From Candidatus Omnitrophota bacterium (GTDB lineage: Bacteria > Omnitrophota > Gorgyraeia > Gygaellales > Profunditerraquicolaceae): a stretch of DNA of 64,000 nucleotides. The notes beneath the pieces are model-generated. The model worked only from the letters and a program-made list of their open reading frames with translations. It was not told the DNA's origin and did no database searches. The DNA lies in contig JAQURX010000003.1 of the NCBI GenBank assembly GCA_028715415.1, forward strand, positions 57,903 to 121,902, in the 5' to 3' direction. The position numbers were made by a program, and so were the translations under genes. Within the stretch, counting starts at the first letter, position 1. Each line of letters opens with the position of its first letter. Shown piece by piece: positions 9,816-19,828 of the stretch.

Positions 9816-11027
9816 GTGAAGAACAAGGTATTCTTTTTGGTACTTTTAAGTTTTTTAATTCGCGGCTTATTCGCAGTTTATTACCTTAATTTTGATACAC
9901 ACTATTCGAAAAGCTACGGGACAAAACCCTTTCTAAGCGGCAAAAGCAAGATTGATGAAGTTGTTATAAACTACGATAAATACAATTCCACTGCCTACAA
10001 TATTGTTTTTTCCGGAGGAATGCTTGATAAAACAGAGCATTTCCTTTATCACCCGCCTCTTTATTCGTTCTTTTTGGCATTTTCTTATTTTTTCTTTGGT
10101 TACAATATTCTTTCTTTTATCATTCCTCAAATTTTGCTCGCCTCATTTAATTCTGCTTTGGTATTTATTCTTACATTCCGAATATTTAGGAATGAAAAGG
10201 TTTCTTTTATTGCTGCATTAATGTATGCATTAAACCCCTACTTTGTATTAAATTCAGTGCTTCTTTTATCAGAAACTCTTTACTCATTCCTACTGCTTTG
10301 CGTGTTTATTATTTGTTCAAAAATCGCTTTTCCTCCCAGCCAGAAGAATAATTTTTTATCCGGAATATTTTTGGGCTTAACTGCTTTATGCCGCACAGTA
10401 GTATTGGTTTTTATACCTTTTGTATTTATCTGGCTTATATCAGTATTGAGAAAAAGAGCTAAAGCTATCATTATTTCTTCCAGTGTTATCTTTTTGGCGT
10501 TTTTGTTAGTATATGGCTCTTGGTTAGTGAGAAACTATTTTACATATGGCCGCTTTGCTTCTTCAATAGGGTATGATTCTGCGCTTGAAGAAAACTCTCT
10601 GCAATTGTATAAGCAGCATGTAGAAGGTACTTTAGAATATGGGAAACAAAGGCAGATTTTCTTTAATTGGGTAGCAAATAATAAGCAACTTTATCTTAAG
10701 AATTCCGCTAAACGTTTTGTAACCTTTTTCTTTAAGCCTTATTCTGTGGATGATATAACGAAAAGAAATAAGATAATTGCATTTTTTGTGTTCCTTCTAA
10801 TATTCCCTTTGGGCTATCTGGGGCTATTTAGGCAAATAATGATTAATAATAGGATATCTTGGCTTATTTTCTTTTATTGCCTTTCTACCGCTTTCTTGCA
10901 TGTTATGACTTCTATCTCTGCGCTTGAGAATATGCGTTATCGCCTACCGATAATGCTTTGTCTTATCCCGTTTGCCGCAAATGAACTATATTTGGCTATA
11001 AAATCCGCCAAGAGAAAGTTTTCTTAA
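9816..11027 (+). CDS. GT-C fold membrane glycosyltransferase (ArnT/PMT family 39-like)
   Basis: 403 aa polytopic membrane protein. The N-terminal region resembles ArnT/PMT (...YHPPLYSFFLAFSYFFFGYN). GTG start. Confidence 0.5.
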   Translation: MKNKVFFLVLLSFLIRGLFAVYYLNFDTHYSKSYGTKPFLSGKSKIDEVVINYDKYNSTAYNIVFSGGMLDKTEHFLYHPPLYSFFLAFSYFFFGYNILSFIIPQILLASFNSALVFILTFRIFRNEKVSFIAALMYALNPYFVLNSVLLLSETLYSFLLLCVFIICSKIAFPPSQKNNFLSGIFLGLTALCRTVVLVFIPFVFIWLISVLRKRAKAIIISSSVIFLAFLLVYGSWLVRNYFTYGRFASSIGYDSALEENSLQLYKQHVEGTLEYGKQRQIFFNWVANNKQLYLKNSAKRFVTFFFKPYSVDDITKRNKIIAFFVFLLIFPLGYLGLFRQIMINNRISWLIFFYCLSTAFLHVMTSISALENMRYRLPIMLCLIPFAANELYLAIKSAKRKFS

Positions 11028-11077
11028 AAACAAATATTTTTAGATTTCCGTCGATAATATTTATTTTACCTCTACTT

Positions 11078-11106
11078 GAAATCGCATTAATATGTGTTAT
11101 ACTTTC
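11078..11106 (+). promoter_or_regulatory. sigma70-like promoter (TTGAAA-16 nt-TATACT) upstream of a structured leader/sRNA candidate and the CBS gene
   Basis: Read directly: cTTGAAAtcgcattaatatgtgtTATACTttctg. Confidence 0.35.
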
Positions 11107-11397
11107 TGTAGAAAAAAGGTTCGGGCGAGGGGAAAACTACCAGCGGGCAGGCAATGCCCAGCTTAAAACAAACAAAAATTAAATTTACCCCTTGCCCTTT
11201 TTGTTGTCCCTTCCGGTTATTTGCAATAATCCAGTAATTATAAGCTCTTGCAAAAAAAACCTCTAAGATATATAATTCTTTAAGGTTAGGTGTCTGCTAA
11301 ATCAAGAATTTCATTAATTTTTGCAGAGTTGTGCCTTATTCTGCCGTTTCTGATGGCAGATGGAAGAGGACGAACCGATGCTTAAAGGAGGTTAAAG

Positions 11398-11826
11398 ATG
11401 TTGGTCAAAAATCTAATGACATCAAATGTAATTACTATAACCCCGGATTCATCTATAAAAGAAGTGGGAAGGATTCTAAAAGAGAAAAGGATAAGCGGAA
11501 TTCCAGTTGTTGATAATGACGGAGAGCTTGTTGGGATTATAACGCTTACGGATTTATTCAAGATATTGGGCCAGATTTATCATTGGAGAAAAGTTGAGTC
11601 TGTAGCCCCTGAATTGAGAATTAGCGAAATGTTTGAGAAAGAAAAAGAAGAGGCCAAAGTAGCAAGTTACATGACCAAAGCAGTATTTACTGTTGAAGAA
11701 GAGGAGCCTATTGAGGCGGTAATGGATCTTATGTTTGAAAGAAATGTTCATACAATCCCTGTTACAAGAAAAGGTAAATTAGTTGGAGTCATTGGACAGA
11801 GAGATTTGATATATAGCTGTTTTTGA
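11398..11826 (+). CDS. CBS-domain pair protein
   Basis: 142 aa with two CBS motifs (VITITPDSSIKEVGRILKEKRISGIPVVDNDGELVGIITLTDL; VFTVEEEEPIEAVMDLMFERNVHTIPVTRKGKLVGVIGQRDL). RBS AAGGAGG upstream. Confidence 0.8.
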   Translation: MLVKNLMTSNVITITPDSSIKEVGRILKEKRISGIPVVDNDGELVGIITLTDLFKILGQIYHWRKVESVAPELRISEMFEKEKEEAKVASYMTKAVFTVEEEEPIEAVMDLMFERNVHTIPVTRKGKLVGVIGQRDLIYSCF

Positions 11827-11830
11827 TAAG

Positions 11831-11869
11831 TAGGAATAAAGAAATTTATACATTTTCCTGTCGTCTAAT
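11831..11869. repeat. degenerate duplicate of the island left junction (chromosomal flank TAGGAATAAAGAAATTTATACATT plus the first ~15 nt of a tRNA-Gln-like sequence)
   Basis: The 24-bp flank is identical to 11949-11972. The following TTCCTGTCGTCTAAT matches tRNA-Gln 5' TGCCCTGTCGTCTAAT with mismatches. Confidence 0.5.
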
Positions 11870-11972
11870 CAAGCGAGCTTGATTTTGCAACAGTTTGCGA
11901 GCGCAGTCCTCGCTTGCCCTGATATCAAGAAATAGGCAAGCAAGGATGGTAGGAATAAAGAAATTTATACAT

Positions 11973-12011
11973 TGCCCTGTCGTCTAATTGGTAGGACTTC
12001 AGATTCTGGAT
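11973..12011 (+). other. attL-like partial tRNA-Gln: 5' 39 nt (acceptor 5' strand through the anticodon loop) identical to positions 1-39 of the intact tRNA-Gln at 26307
   Basis: TGCCCTGTCGTCTAATTGGTAGGACTTCAGATTCTGGAT is identical to 26307-26345. The sequences diverge after the anticodon loop. Confidence 0.7.
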
Positions 12012-12237
12012 ACGATATTGGCTGAAATCATAACATATTGAAATCATTGTAACTCTAATCTCCATGAATAACTTGCGGAGATTTTTTGTTTTTAGGTCTT
12101 TTAATGTTCTTTAACCATTTATAATATTCCATAGTCATTTTTTAGACACTGGGTAGGGTGTTTTTTCGCACAATCGGTAATTTTCGCATAAATAGTCCTA
12201 CTAATCCTATCTATGAGTAAGTGATATAATACTAGAA

Positions 12238-13173
12238 ATGAATAATTCCAGTCCCAAAACGAAACACCATTTTGTACCAGTTTTTTATCTCAAAGGGTTT
12301 GTTAATTCAAACGGTTCACTGTGGGTGTATGACAAAAATGACAAAGGCTTATTTGAATCATCACCGGAAGGGATAGCCTATGAAAAACACTACTTTTCTT
12401 TTACAAATCTGCAAGGAGAGAAGGATTCAGAGACAGTAGAGAATGCCATGAGCGAATTGGAAGGAAAATTTGCAGGTGTTGTTAAAAAAATACTTAATTG
12501 CAAAGAGTTATCCGAAAAAGATAATTTAGATTTTGCGTTATTTGTTTCTTCTATGATGGTAAGAGTGCCCAATATGAAGGAAAACATTCGAGAGTCAACA
12601 GGTGAAGTAATAAAGCGAACGAGTCTTTTTATTGCATCAAATAAAGAAAATTTTGAGAAAATGATAGAAAATTATGAGAAAAATACAGGGAAAAAGATTA
12701 GTATGACGCCTGAAGAGTTACGTCAATGGATGCTTAATGAAAATAATTATACAGTAAATGTTGACCATCAATATGCGATTGGGATGGCACTATCTTTACT
12801 AGATAGTTTTGCGAGAATATTTTTTAATATGAAGTGGCGTTTTATAAAGGCAACAAACGACTATAAGTTTATGACAGGAGATAATCCACTGAGATATTTT
12901 GACCCGACTCATAATCCGCATTCTTTTTATGGCGTAGGTTTAGCTAATAAGAACATAGAAGTAACCATTCCATTATCAAAAGACATGGCTGCTTTTGGGT
13001 CATGGGAACGTAGTGAAGGATATTTTCAAGGTAGCAATCAACATGTCAAACATATAAATAGAATGACTGTGATTGCGTCACGCAGGTTTGTATTTGCACA
13101 TAATAAATCAGAAATTATAGATAAATTTGTAAAAAAATATAAAGGGAGTCATCTAGTGATTAAAGTTGGATGA
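12238..13173 (+). CDS. DUF4238-family protein (defense-island-associated)
   Basis: 311 aa. The N-terminal KHHFVPVFYLKGF matches the hallmark HHxVPQFYLKxF start of DUF4238 proteins, recalled from Pfam PF14022. Confidence 0.55.
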   Translation: MNNSSPKTKHHFVPVFYLKGFVNSNGSLWVYDKNDKGLFESSPEGIAYEKHYFSFTNLQGEKDSETVENAMSELEGKFAGVVKKILNCKELSEKDNLDFALFVSSMMVRVPNMKENIRESTGEVIKRTSLFIASNKENFEKMIENYEKNTGKKISMTPEELRQWMLNENNYTVNVDHQYAIGMALSLLDSFARIFFNMKWRFIKATNDYKFMTGDNPLRYFDPTHNPHSFYGVGLANKNIEVTIPLSKDMAAFGSWERSEGYFQGSNQHVKHINRMTVIASRRFVFAHNKSEIIDKFVKKYKGSHLVIKVG

Positions 13174-13286
13174 AGGAGGGTATTATTAAAAGATAAATTA
13201 TTGACTCTAGAGTTGTCTTAATTCCTAAAATGTGAATTTCCGGTTGCTATTTAACGCTTGTAATTTTGATTCTAAATATTAGTTGG

Positions 13287-14171
13287 TTAAATATCAATAA
13301 CATGGCAATAAATACCTTGAGTAGTATCCTCAAATCGTATCCCAAAATTCTCCATAAAACAAATCATTAAATTAACTCCGTCAGACAAATCAGTATTGTT
13401 TTCATTAAATTTTTTCCGATAATAATTTAATAAATTTAAAGTTTTATTATTAACAAATCTTGATTTTAGTAAGAATCGTTCGAATCTTTTAAATTTTGGA
13501 TAGTGGTCAATGTAGGAATATGAATGAACTATTGCTTTAGAAACTTCATCAAAATTACACTCAGTATTATTTAAGAATTGGTTTATTTGACCATGAACTC
13601 GAAATTTTCCAATCTCAAGCTTAATTTTATCGTAATGTTTTGAATCGGCAATCAATGGTTTTATCAATAGTTTTAATTCTGTTCTATTACCATGTTTATG
13701 TTTTGTAGATGTTTGAGGGAATAGGTTATCTACTATTTCAAAAGATTTTCTATTTGCATAGTATTCATCAAATAAAATGTATAGATTAAGTAAGTATGTT
13801 TTAACAGAATGCACATTCTTTTCTAAGGCAGGAAATCGTTGTTTATTAATGGCATGTATCAATTCGTGGAGATAAAATTGTAGCCGCTTAAGATTATCAT
13901 ACGTTTCGGTATATAATAGTCCTGAAAAAACTAGGTATATACCTCTAACGGTAATGATAGTTTTTGCTACAGCACGATGGTTTTCCCTTGTCGATTTGTA
14001 ATGGATTGTATTCTGAATCTCGTTAACTTTATTATCAAAGTTTTCGGGGACAATAATACAGATTACTTGAGTAGGGGGGGTAAGATTTGAACAAACAGTT
14101 TTAATAATTTCCAATTCTTGTTTAATCAATTCTTTCTGTTCAGCAGTTCCTATTTCAACAATAATTTCCAT
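13287..14171 (-). CDS. hypothetical cytoplasmic protein with HExxH zinc-metallopeptidase-like motif
   Basis: 294 aa with no signal peptide. Contains FYLHELIHAINK (HExxH) and no other recognisable family motif. Convergent with the DUF4238 gene. Confidence 0.4.
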   Translation of the reverse strand: MEIIVEIGTAEQKELIKQELEIIKTVCSNLTPPTQVICIIVPENFDNKVNEIQNTIHYKSTRENHRAVAKTIITVRGIYLVFSGLLYTETYDNLKRLQFYLHELIHAINKQRFPALEKNVHSVKTYLLNLYILFDEYYANRKSFEIVDNLFPQTSTKHKHGNRTELKLLIKPLIADSKHYDKIKLEIGKFRVHGQINQFLNNTECNFDEVSKAIVHSYSYIDHYPKFKRFERFLLKSRFVNNKTLNLLNYYRKKFNENNTDLSDGVNLMICFMENFGIRFEDTTQGIYCHVIDI

Positions 14172-14464
14172 AACATAAATTTATCACAAATATGAATATT
14201 ATCTAGATTTAATATGGGTTTATTTTCTGGGAAACCATTTAGTAATTTCTTGGTTCTATTAAAAATTAATTAATTGGAACAGGGGAACGTCTAATGCTTG
14301 GGCGATTCTTTCGATGGTTTCAAGCTTCCAATTAGGAGGATTTGTACATTAAGTTATTAGCCCGCATTTGAGCTATTTTAATACAAACAAAACGATTTAA
14401 TTACAAAATATCGTGTTAGATTTTTCCAATTCCTTCGTCTATTGTTAGTAGGGGGTGGCGAAGA

Positions 14465-14623
14465 TGAAACCTACCAAGAAGCTAGTCCAAGAAACAAAGG
14501 CTATAATCCGGTTGTATCAATTCCTGCGATATGATTGTGGCCTTAAATATGCTGATAAGCTTTCCGCGAAGGATTTAAAACACCTATTAAACGTACTGAA
14601 AATCAGAGATAAAAGTTGATTCT
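14465..14623 (+). CDS. possible small ORF (52 aa, basic) upstream of the RM controller gene
   Basis: ATG preceded by the purine-rich GGGGGTGGCGAAG. Translates to MKPTKKLVQETKAIIRLYQFLRYDCGLKYADKLSAKDLKHLLNVLKIRDKS. Below the ORF-track cutoff and with no known family. Confidence 0.15.
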
Positions 14624-14650
14624 ATTTATAAGATGATATAAAATGTTAAT

Positions 14651-14830
14651 ATGGATTTAGTCCAGAAGCTAGACACTTACCGGTTAGAGCATAAGATCTC
14701 CCAGCAGGCACTTGCAAAGCTTTTGGGAGTTTCTTTTGTTACGGTGAATAGGTGGTTTAATAGAAAGACTGAGCCAAACAAGATACAAAGTTATCACATA
14801 GAGAAATTATTGTCAAAAAATAATAGGTAA
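14651..14830 (+). CDS. XRE-family HTH controller (C) protein of the type III RM system
   Basis: 59-aa ORF, translated manually because it is below the ORF-track cutoff: MDLVQKLDTYRLEHKISQQALAKLLGVSFVTVNRWFNRKTEPNKIQSYHIEKLLSKNNR. This is a classic Cro/C1 HTH. It ends 2 nt before the mod start. Confidence 0.6.
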   Translation: MDLVQKLDTYRLEHKISQQALAKLLGVSFVTVNRWFNRKTEPNKIQSYHIEKLLSKNNR

Positions 14831-14832
14831 AC

Positions 14833-16506
14833 ATGAACGAAGAAATCTTGGAATTAAAAAAGGAAATAGAGAGGTTAAAGAAGGCGGTAAAAGAACAGCG
14901 CTATGGCTTAAATTGGATTGATGTTCCAGAGGCATTTGAAGATGATGTTGAAAACAAATTGCCTATTTTAAAAGAAGCAGAAGGCAATGAAATTATAAAT
15001 AATGATACCAAGCCCACCCACATTTTAATTGAAGGCGACAACTACCACGCTCTTACCTGCTTGAATTATACACATAGAGAAAAGATAGACTTTATTTATA
15101 TTGATCCGCCATACAATACTGGGAATGATGGTTTTGTATACAAAGATAAAAGGATACTGGATAGATATCCAGACGGGAGTCCAGTTCCTAAGGATAACCC
15201 GTTTCGGCATAGTTATTGGCTTTCGTTTATGAAAAAGCGCCTAGAACTAGCAAAAACACTCTTAAAAGAAACAGGAGTGATTTTTATCAGTATTGACAAT
15301 AATGAAATTTCCCAACTTAAACTTTTGTGTGACGAAATATTTGGAGAAGATAACTTTGAGTCCTTTATCTGGAAAAAGAAGGGAGGCGCAGGGAATACAG
15401 AAAGAATAATAGGAAATCTTACTGAGTATATTTTGTGTTATTTTAAAAATAAAAAACCAGGCATTTTTAATTATAGAACTATCGAAAGGGTATACAAGCA
15501 TAAAGATGGGAAAGGGCCTTATAACTTAGAAGGTATTGAAAAAACTAACCTTGGTGGCTATGAAAGAAAAACGATGCAGTTCCCAATTGTTGATCCAAAG
15601 ACTAAAAAGAAATTTTTCCCTGGGACAAATATGAGATGGACTATCGGCGAAAAGAACGCTAAGAAAGCCATAGAACAAGGAAGAATTTATTTTGATTATA
15701 AGAAAAGTAAAGTTTATATAATAAAGAGACCTAAGGATTATGAGGAATCAGAAAATGTATTTTATAATTTATTGTTAGACGCCGGTAGTCTAGCTACAGC
15801 GAAAGATGAACTGTATGATTTCTTTGGAAATAGAGAAATTTTTGATACTCCCAAGCCAACATCTTTAATTAGGCAGCTATTAGAGATAGCATCTTCAAAG
15901 AATCATATAGTCTTAGATTTTTTTGCGGGGAGCGGTACTACAGCGCAGGCCGTCTTAGAATTAAATGAAGTAGATAATGGGGAGAGGCAGTTTATCGTAT
16001 GTACTGATAATGAGAATAATATTTGCCAAAAAATATGCTATCCAAGAATTAAGAAGGTTATTAATGGCTATCTAAATCCAGATGGCGAAAAAGTAAAAGG
16101 TTTGGGGAATTCACTAAAATATTATAAGACTAATTTTATTGGCAAACATAATATCAAAAGAGTGATAGATGAAGACAAAGTAGAATTAGCGTATCATGCG
16201 GGTGAGTTATTAGCAGTGGCAGAGAATACACTTTATAAAGTATCAAAAAATAGGCATTATCAATTCTTTAAAACAAAGAGTAATGCTAATGAACATTATA
16301 CTGGTGTCTACTTTAGAGAAGAGTTGAACAAGTTCGATGAGTTTGTCAAAAGGGTAGAAAAACTTAAGAGTTTAGTTACTGTTTACGTTTTTAGTTGGGG
16401 ACAAGGTGAATTTATTGATGAATTTTCTCACTGTAATAACGTTACTGTAAAAAATATACCGCTACCAATATTGGCAATATACAAAGAAATTTACAATCTT
16501 CATTAA
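14833..16506 (+). CDS. mod: type III restriction-modification DNA methyltransferase (Mod; beta-class N6-adenine/N4-cytosine MTase)
   Basis: 557 aa. Motif IV IYIDPPYNTG precedes motif I DFFAGSGTT (beta-class order). Followed 3 nt later by the res helicase-nuclease. Confidence 0.85.
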   Translation: MNEEILELKKEIERLKKAVKEQRYGLNWIDVPEAFEDDVENKLPILKEAEGNEIINNDTKPTHILIEGDNYHALTCLNYTHREKIDFIYIDPPYNTGNDGFVYKDKRILDRYPDGSPVPKDNPFRHSYWLSFMKKRLELAKTLLKETGVIFISIDNNEISQLKLLCDEIFGEDNFESFIWKKKGGAGNTERIIGNLTEYILCYFKNKKPGIFNYRTIERVYKHKDGKGPYNLEGIEKTNLGGYERKTMQFPIVDPKTKKKFFPGTNMRWTIGEKNAKKAIEQGRIYFDYKKSKVYIIKRPKDYEESENVFYNLLLDAGSLATAKDELYDFFGNREIFDTPKPTSLIRQLLEIASSKNHIVLDFFAGSGTTAQAVLELNEVDNGERQFIVCTDNENNICQKICYPRIKKVINGYLNPDGEKVKGLGNSLKYYKTNFIGKHNIKRVIDEDKVELAYHAGELLAVAENTLYKVSKNRHYQFFKTKSNANEHYTGVYFREELNKFDEFVKRVEKLKSLVTVYVFSWGQGEFIDEFSHCNNVTVKNIPLPILAIYKEIYNLH

Positions 16507-16509
16507 ACT

Positions 16510-18870
16510 ATGTTTAATCCACTTAATTTTCAAGAAGAGGCAGTAGAAGATCTATTATCGAGAATTTTGCTCATTTGGAATAGGGAAGATCGACAAATGC
16601 CGTTGGTATTTAAATCTCCTACGGGAAGCGGTAAGACTTTTATGTTAGCACATTGCATTCGTGGACTAAATCATTTACCTAATTGGGATTACGATAAAGC
16701 TTTCGTTTGGATTACGTTTAGTGATGATCTTGCAATGCAAAGTAAATATAAATTTGAAAAGTACTTCGAGAATACTTTAGAAAACAGATTATTAACAGTA
16801 GATGATATCAATCAGGGGAAGTTGTACAAAAACGATATTCTATTCCTCAATTGGCAAAAAGTGGTTTCAAGAAAGGCGGAAGATAGGGTTTTGAGGCGTC
16901 CCGAAGAAGAAATAATGCGGAAAGAGACAGGGGTGTATTTTGAAGATTTTATTGATGCCACCCATTCTGATAACCGAGAAATAATTCTTATTATTGATGA
17001 GGCCCATACTCATGTAACAAAAGATTTGGCACAACAAATTATTGATTATATAGATCCACGTATAATTATACATGTAACAGCAACTCCAGATCAAGAAATT
17101 GAACTTTTGGCATACAGGATAAATAGTTTTGTTGAAGTGCCTCGGGATAAAGTAGTAGAAGAGGGTTTAATTAAAGAGAAGATAGTCATTCAAACTAATG
17201 AAGAGTTAAGAAAACATAAGGGTGAAGATTTAGATAAAGTACTGCTTGATTTGGGATTTGATAAAAGAAGTAATTTAAGAAAACAATTTGAAAAATTAAG
17301 CAAAAACGTAAACCCTTTGATGTTGATTCAGTTACCTAATGATGATAAAGAATTGCGGGAGCGGAAAGAAAAGACTAAAGAGGAAATCGTGCTTGAATAT
17401 TTAAAAGAAAAAGGAGTGCACGAGAATCAGATTGCTTTATGGTTTGACAGCCATAGAAAGAATCTCGATTTTATTAGTGATAATAATAGCAGTATAGATT
17501 TTATGCTTTTTAAGCAGGCTGCAGGAACTGGTTGGGATTGTCCTCGGGCCCATGTGTTGGTAATGTTTAGAGAAATAACCTCTCCTACTTTCTACGTACA
17601 AACAGTTGGTAGAATTTTGAGAATGCCTGAGCCTGATAAAAAAGGAGACTATAAAAATAGCCCAGAGTTGCGAACAGGTTTCTTATTTACTAATTACCGA
17701 AGAGAAGAAGTAGTAATTCCAGACCAGTCTAATAAAAACAAGCCATGTATTCATCGTGCACTTTTGAAGGTTAAGTTTAAGAATTCTGTCAAGGATCTTA
17801 AATTAGAATCCGCATTTATTTCTCGTATTGATTATGGAGATATTGCTTATTCATCTGAATTCCAGCTTAGTTTTATTAAAACAATGAATAAGTATTTTTA
17901 TATCTCACAGAAAGATTTCCTATCTGAAAAACAACAAAAACTTGGAGTACCACTAACCCCTAGATTAAATAATAGTTTAGTAGTAAATGCAGAGTTTAGG
18001 GATTTTGATAATATGTCGATGGATTTTAAGAAGAAAGGAACTGATATAGATTTTGAAATATCCCAGAATGATATAGAAAAACTTTTCAACTATTTGATAT
18101 ACCACATACTCAAAGAGCAGACAGACGAAGATGCTAAGATCTCAAATATTGCTAGATCCTGGAGTCCTCTTAAATCAGCCATTCGTATTTGGCTTAAAGA
18201 TATTTTTGGAGAAGAGAGCAATTTTTACTATCGAGTATTTATTAGCGATATTATGGAGGGAGCAGGTAGTAAATTTAAACCAGCCATTACTCAAGCATTA
18301 AAAGATTACAGGCCAATCCTAAATAAAATTTTAGAAAAACGTCGAGAACAAGAGCAGGAAAAAGAGAGATTAATGTTTACTATTCAAGATGAATATCTAT
18401 TTACAGAAGATTACGAAGAAATAGACCAAGATCTGTGTGTTTTGGAACAGTGTTTTATCAAAAAAGATTATGCTGGAAGAGAAAATGAACAAAAATTCAT
18501 TAAATATATAGATTCAAAATCAAAATATCTTTCTTGGTGGTTTAAAAATGGTGATATTGGCAAAGATTATTTTTCTTTAAGATATTTCAATACTGCAGAG
18601 CAAAAGGAAAGGCTTTTTTATCCAGATTGGATAATTAAGTTAAAAGATGGTAGGGTTGGAATATTTGATACAAAGGCGGGAAGAACGCTTAATACAGAAG
18701 GACGTGCGAGTGGGTTAGCAGAGAAAATAAAAGAATTGGGCAAAAATTATATTGGCGGAATAGTTAAGTTTGCGAATGGCATTTTCTATTACTGTAATTC
18801 TTTAGAATATAATGATCAAACGGAATCGAATAATAAATGGATTAGATTAGAGGAAGTATTTGAGAAATGA
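16510..18870 (+). CDS. res: type III restriction enzyme Res subunit (SF2 helicase plus C-terminal PD-(D/E)xK nuclease)
   Basis: 786 aa. Walker A SPTGSGKT, DEAH box IIDEAH, motif III TATP. C-terminal YPDWIIKLKDGRVGIFDTKAG is a PD...(D/E)xK motif. Confidence 0.8.
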   Translation: MFNPLNFQEEAVEDLLSRILLIWNREDRQMPLVFKSPTGSGKTFMLAHCIRGLNHLPNWDYDKAFVWITFSDDLAMQSKYKFEKYFENTLENRLLTVDDINQGKLYKNDILFLNWQKVVSRKAEDRVLRRPEEEIMRKETGVYFEDFIDATHSDNREIILIIDEAHTHVTKDLAQQIIDYIDPRIIIHVTATPDQEIELLAYRINSFVEVPRDKVVEEGLIKEKIVIQTNEELRKHKGEDLDKVLLDLGFDKRSNLRKQFEKLSKNVNPLMLIQLPNDDKELRERKEKTKEEIVLEYLKEKGVHENQIALWFDSHRKNLDFISDNNSSIDFMLFKQAAGTGWDCPRAHVLVMFREITSPTFYVQTVGRILRMPEPDKKGDYKNSPELRTGFLFTNYRREEVVIPDQSNKNKPCIHRALLKVKFKNSVKDLKLESAFISRIDYGDIAYSSEFQLSFIKTMNKYFYISQKDFLSEKQQKLGVPLTPRLNNSLVVNAEFRDFDNMSMDFKKKGTDIDFEISQNDIEKLFNYLIYHILKEQTDEDAKISNIARSWSPLKSAIRIWLKDIFGEESNFYYRVFISDIMEGAGSKFKPAITQALKDYRPILNKILEKRREQEQEKERLMFTIQDEYLFTEDYEEIDQDLCVLEQCFIKKDYAGRENEQKFIKYIDSKSKYLSWWFKNGDIGKDYFSLRYFNTAEQKERLFYPDWIIKLKDGRVGIFDTKAGRTLNTEGRASGLAEKIKELGKNYIGGIVKFANGIFYYCNSLEYNDQTESNNKWIRLEEVFEK

Positions 18871-19451
18871 GTAAGATCATATTTGATAAAGCATATATTT
18901 TTGGTAAAAACAAGCTAATCTTTAAAAAAGGGAGTAAGGCTGAGAATGACTATTTAATATGGCATAATAAGGTTCAGATTACAGACCTTTTTTTATTCAA
19001 TGAATTATTTAAACGAATATCTCTAGAGCAAGAAGCAAAGGATTTCCTGGATTTATTCTGCGGCTATAGAAATATTAAATTTAATAATGATAGTATAATA
19101 TGCAATCCATCTCCATTAGATGTAGATGATTTATATAAGTATTGCGTTGGTTCTAAATTAAATACTGAACAACAGGAATTACTGTTTGTGTGTATTTTGA
19201 GATGTGACATTGATAATATATGTTATCCTCCTCCTAAATTAAATGGTTGTATTAGAATTTTTGTTCAGGTTTTATTATTATTTACTTATAAATTTAAATG
19301 GATAATGTATTATTTGGAAGATAAGGTAGCTGAAGATTTAGATGTATTTGTTTATAAAATAGGATTTCCAAGGAATCGTTATGATGTAGATAAAACTACC
19401 TTTCTTGCAATTTATCGAAAATATATAGAAAACAAAAAGACTAGAAAATAA
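18867..19451 (+). CDS. hypothetical protein, translationally coupled (ATGA overlap) to res
   Basis: 194 aa with no recognisable motif and several Cys residues. Its start overlaps the res stop codon. Confidence 0.4.
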   Translation: MSKIIFDKAYIFGKNKLIFKKGSKAENDYLIWHNKVQITDLFLFNELFKRISLEQEAKDFLDLFCGYRNIKFNNDSIICNPSPLDVDDLYKYCVGSKLNTEQQELLFVCILRCDIDNICYPPPKLNGCIRIFVQVLLLFTYKFKWIMYYLEDKVAEDLDVFVYKIGFPRNRYDVDKTTFLAIYRKYIENKKTRK

Positions 19452-19522
19452 ATTTTCCTTCTAAGAATTTCCCCGAAAAAGTGGACACAATGAAAAGTCG
19501 GTGATAGGGGATACTAAGGACA

Positions 19523-19828
19523 TTGGGGGGGGAGATGAGCCAGCGTAGAAAACAAAATTATCAGTTTGTCCAAAAATTCCAGAGTAGACTTTCGGAGGAA
19601 GGATTAATCTATATTAAACTAATTACTCTTAAATACCTGAAGAATCATGAGTTTGTAACTAACTGTATTTTGAGAAGAATCGCCAACGTTACTTATGATC
19701 AAGCAATTGTATTTTATAACGAGATGCTAAAGCGAAAAGTTCTTAAGAGAATTGGCAAAGGGAGTGTAACCCGATACATCTTGAGAACGAAGAAGTCAAT
19801 ACTACTAAAGACATTAAGGAAGAAATGA
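19523..19828 (+). CDS. hypothetical small basic protein (possible winged-helix DNA-binding)
   Basis: 101 aa. Basic C-terminal half (KRKVLKRIGKGSVTRYILRTKK). The stop overlaps the next gene's start (ATGA). Confidence 0.35.
   Translation: MGGEMSQRRKQNYQFVQKFQSRLSEEGLIYIKLITLKYLKNHEFVTNCILRRIANVTYDQAIVFYNEMLKRKVLKRIGKGSVTRYILRTKKSILLKTLRKK

Noticed and set aside
11331-11513. 60-aa ORF overlapping the start of the CBS gene in another frame
   Set aside because: It overlaps a well-supported CBS reading frame that has a strong RBS, has no independent signals, and is probably spurious.
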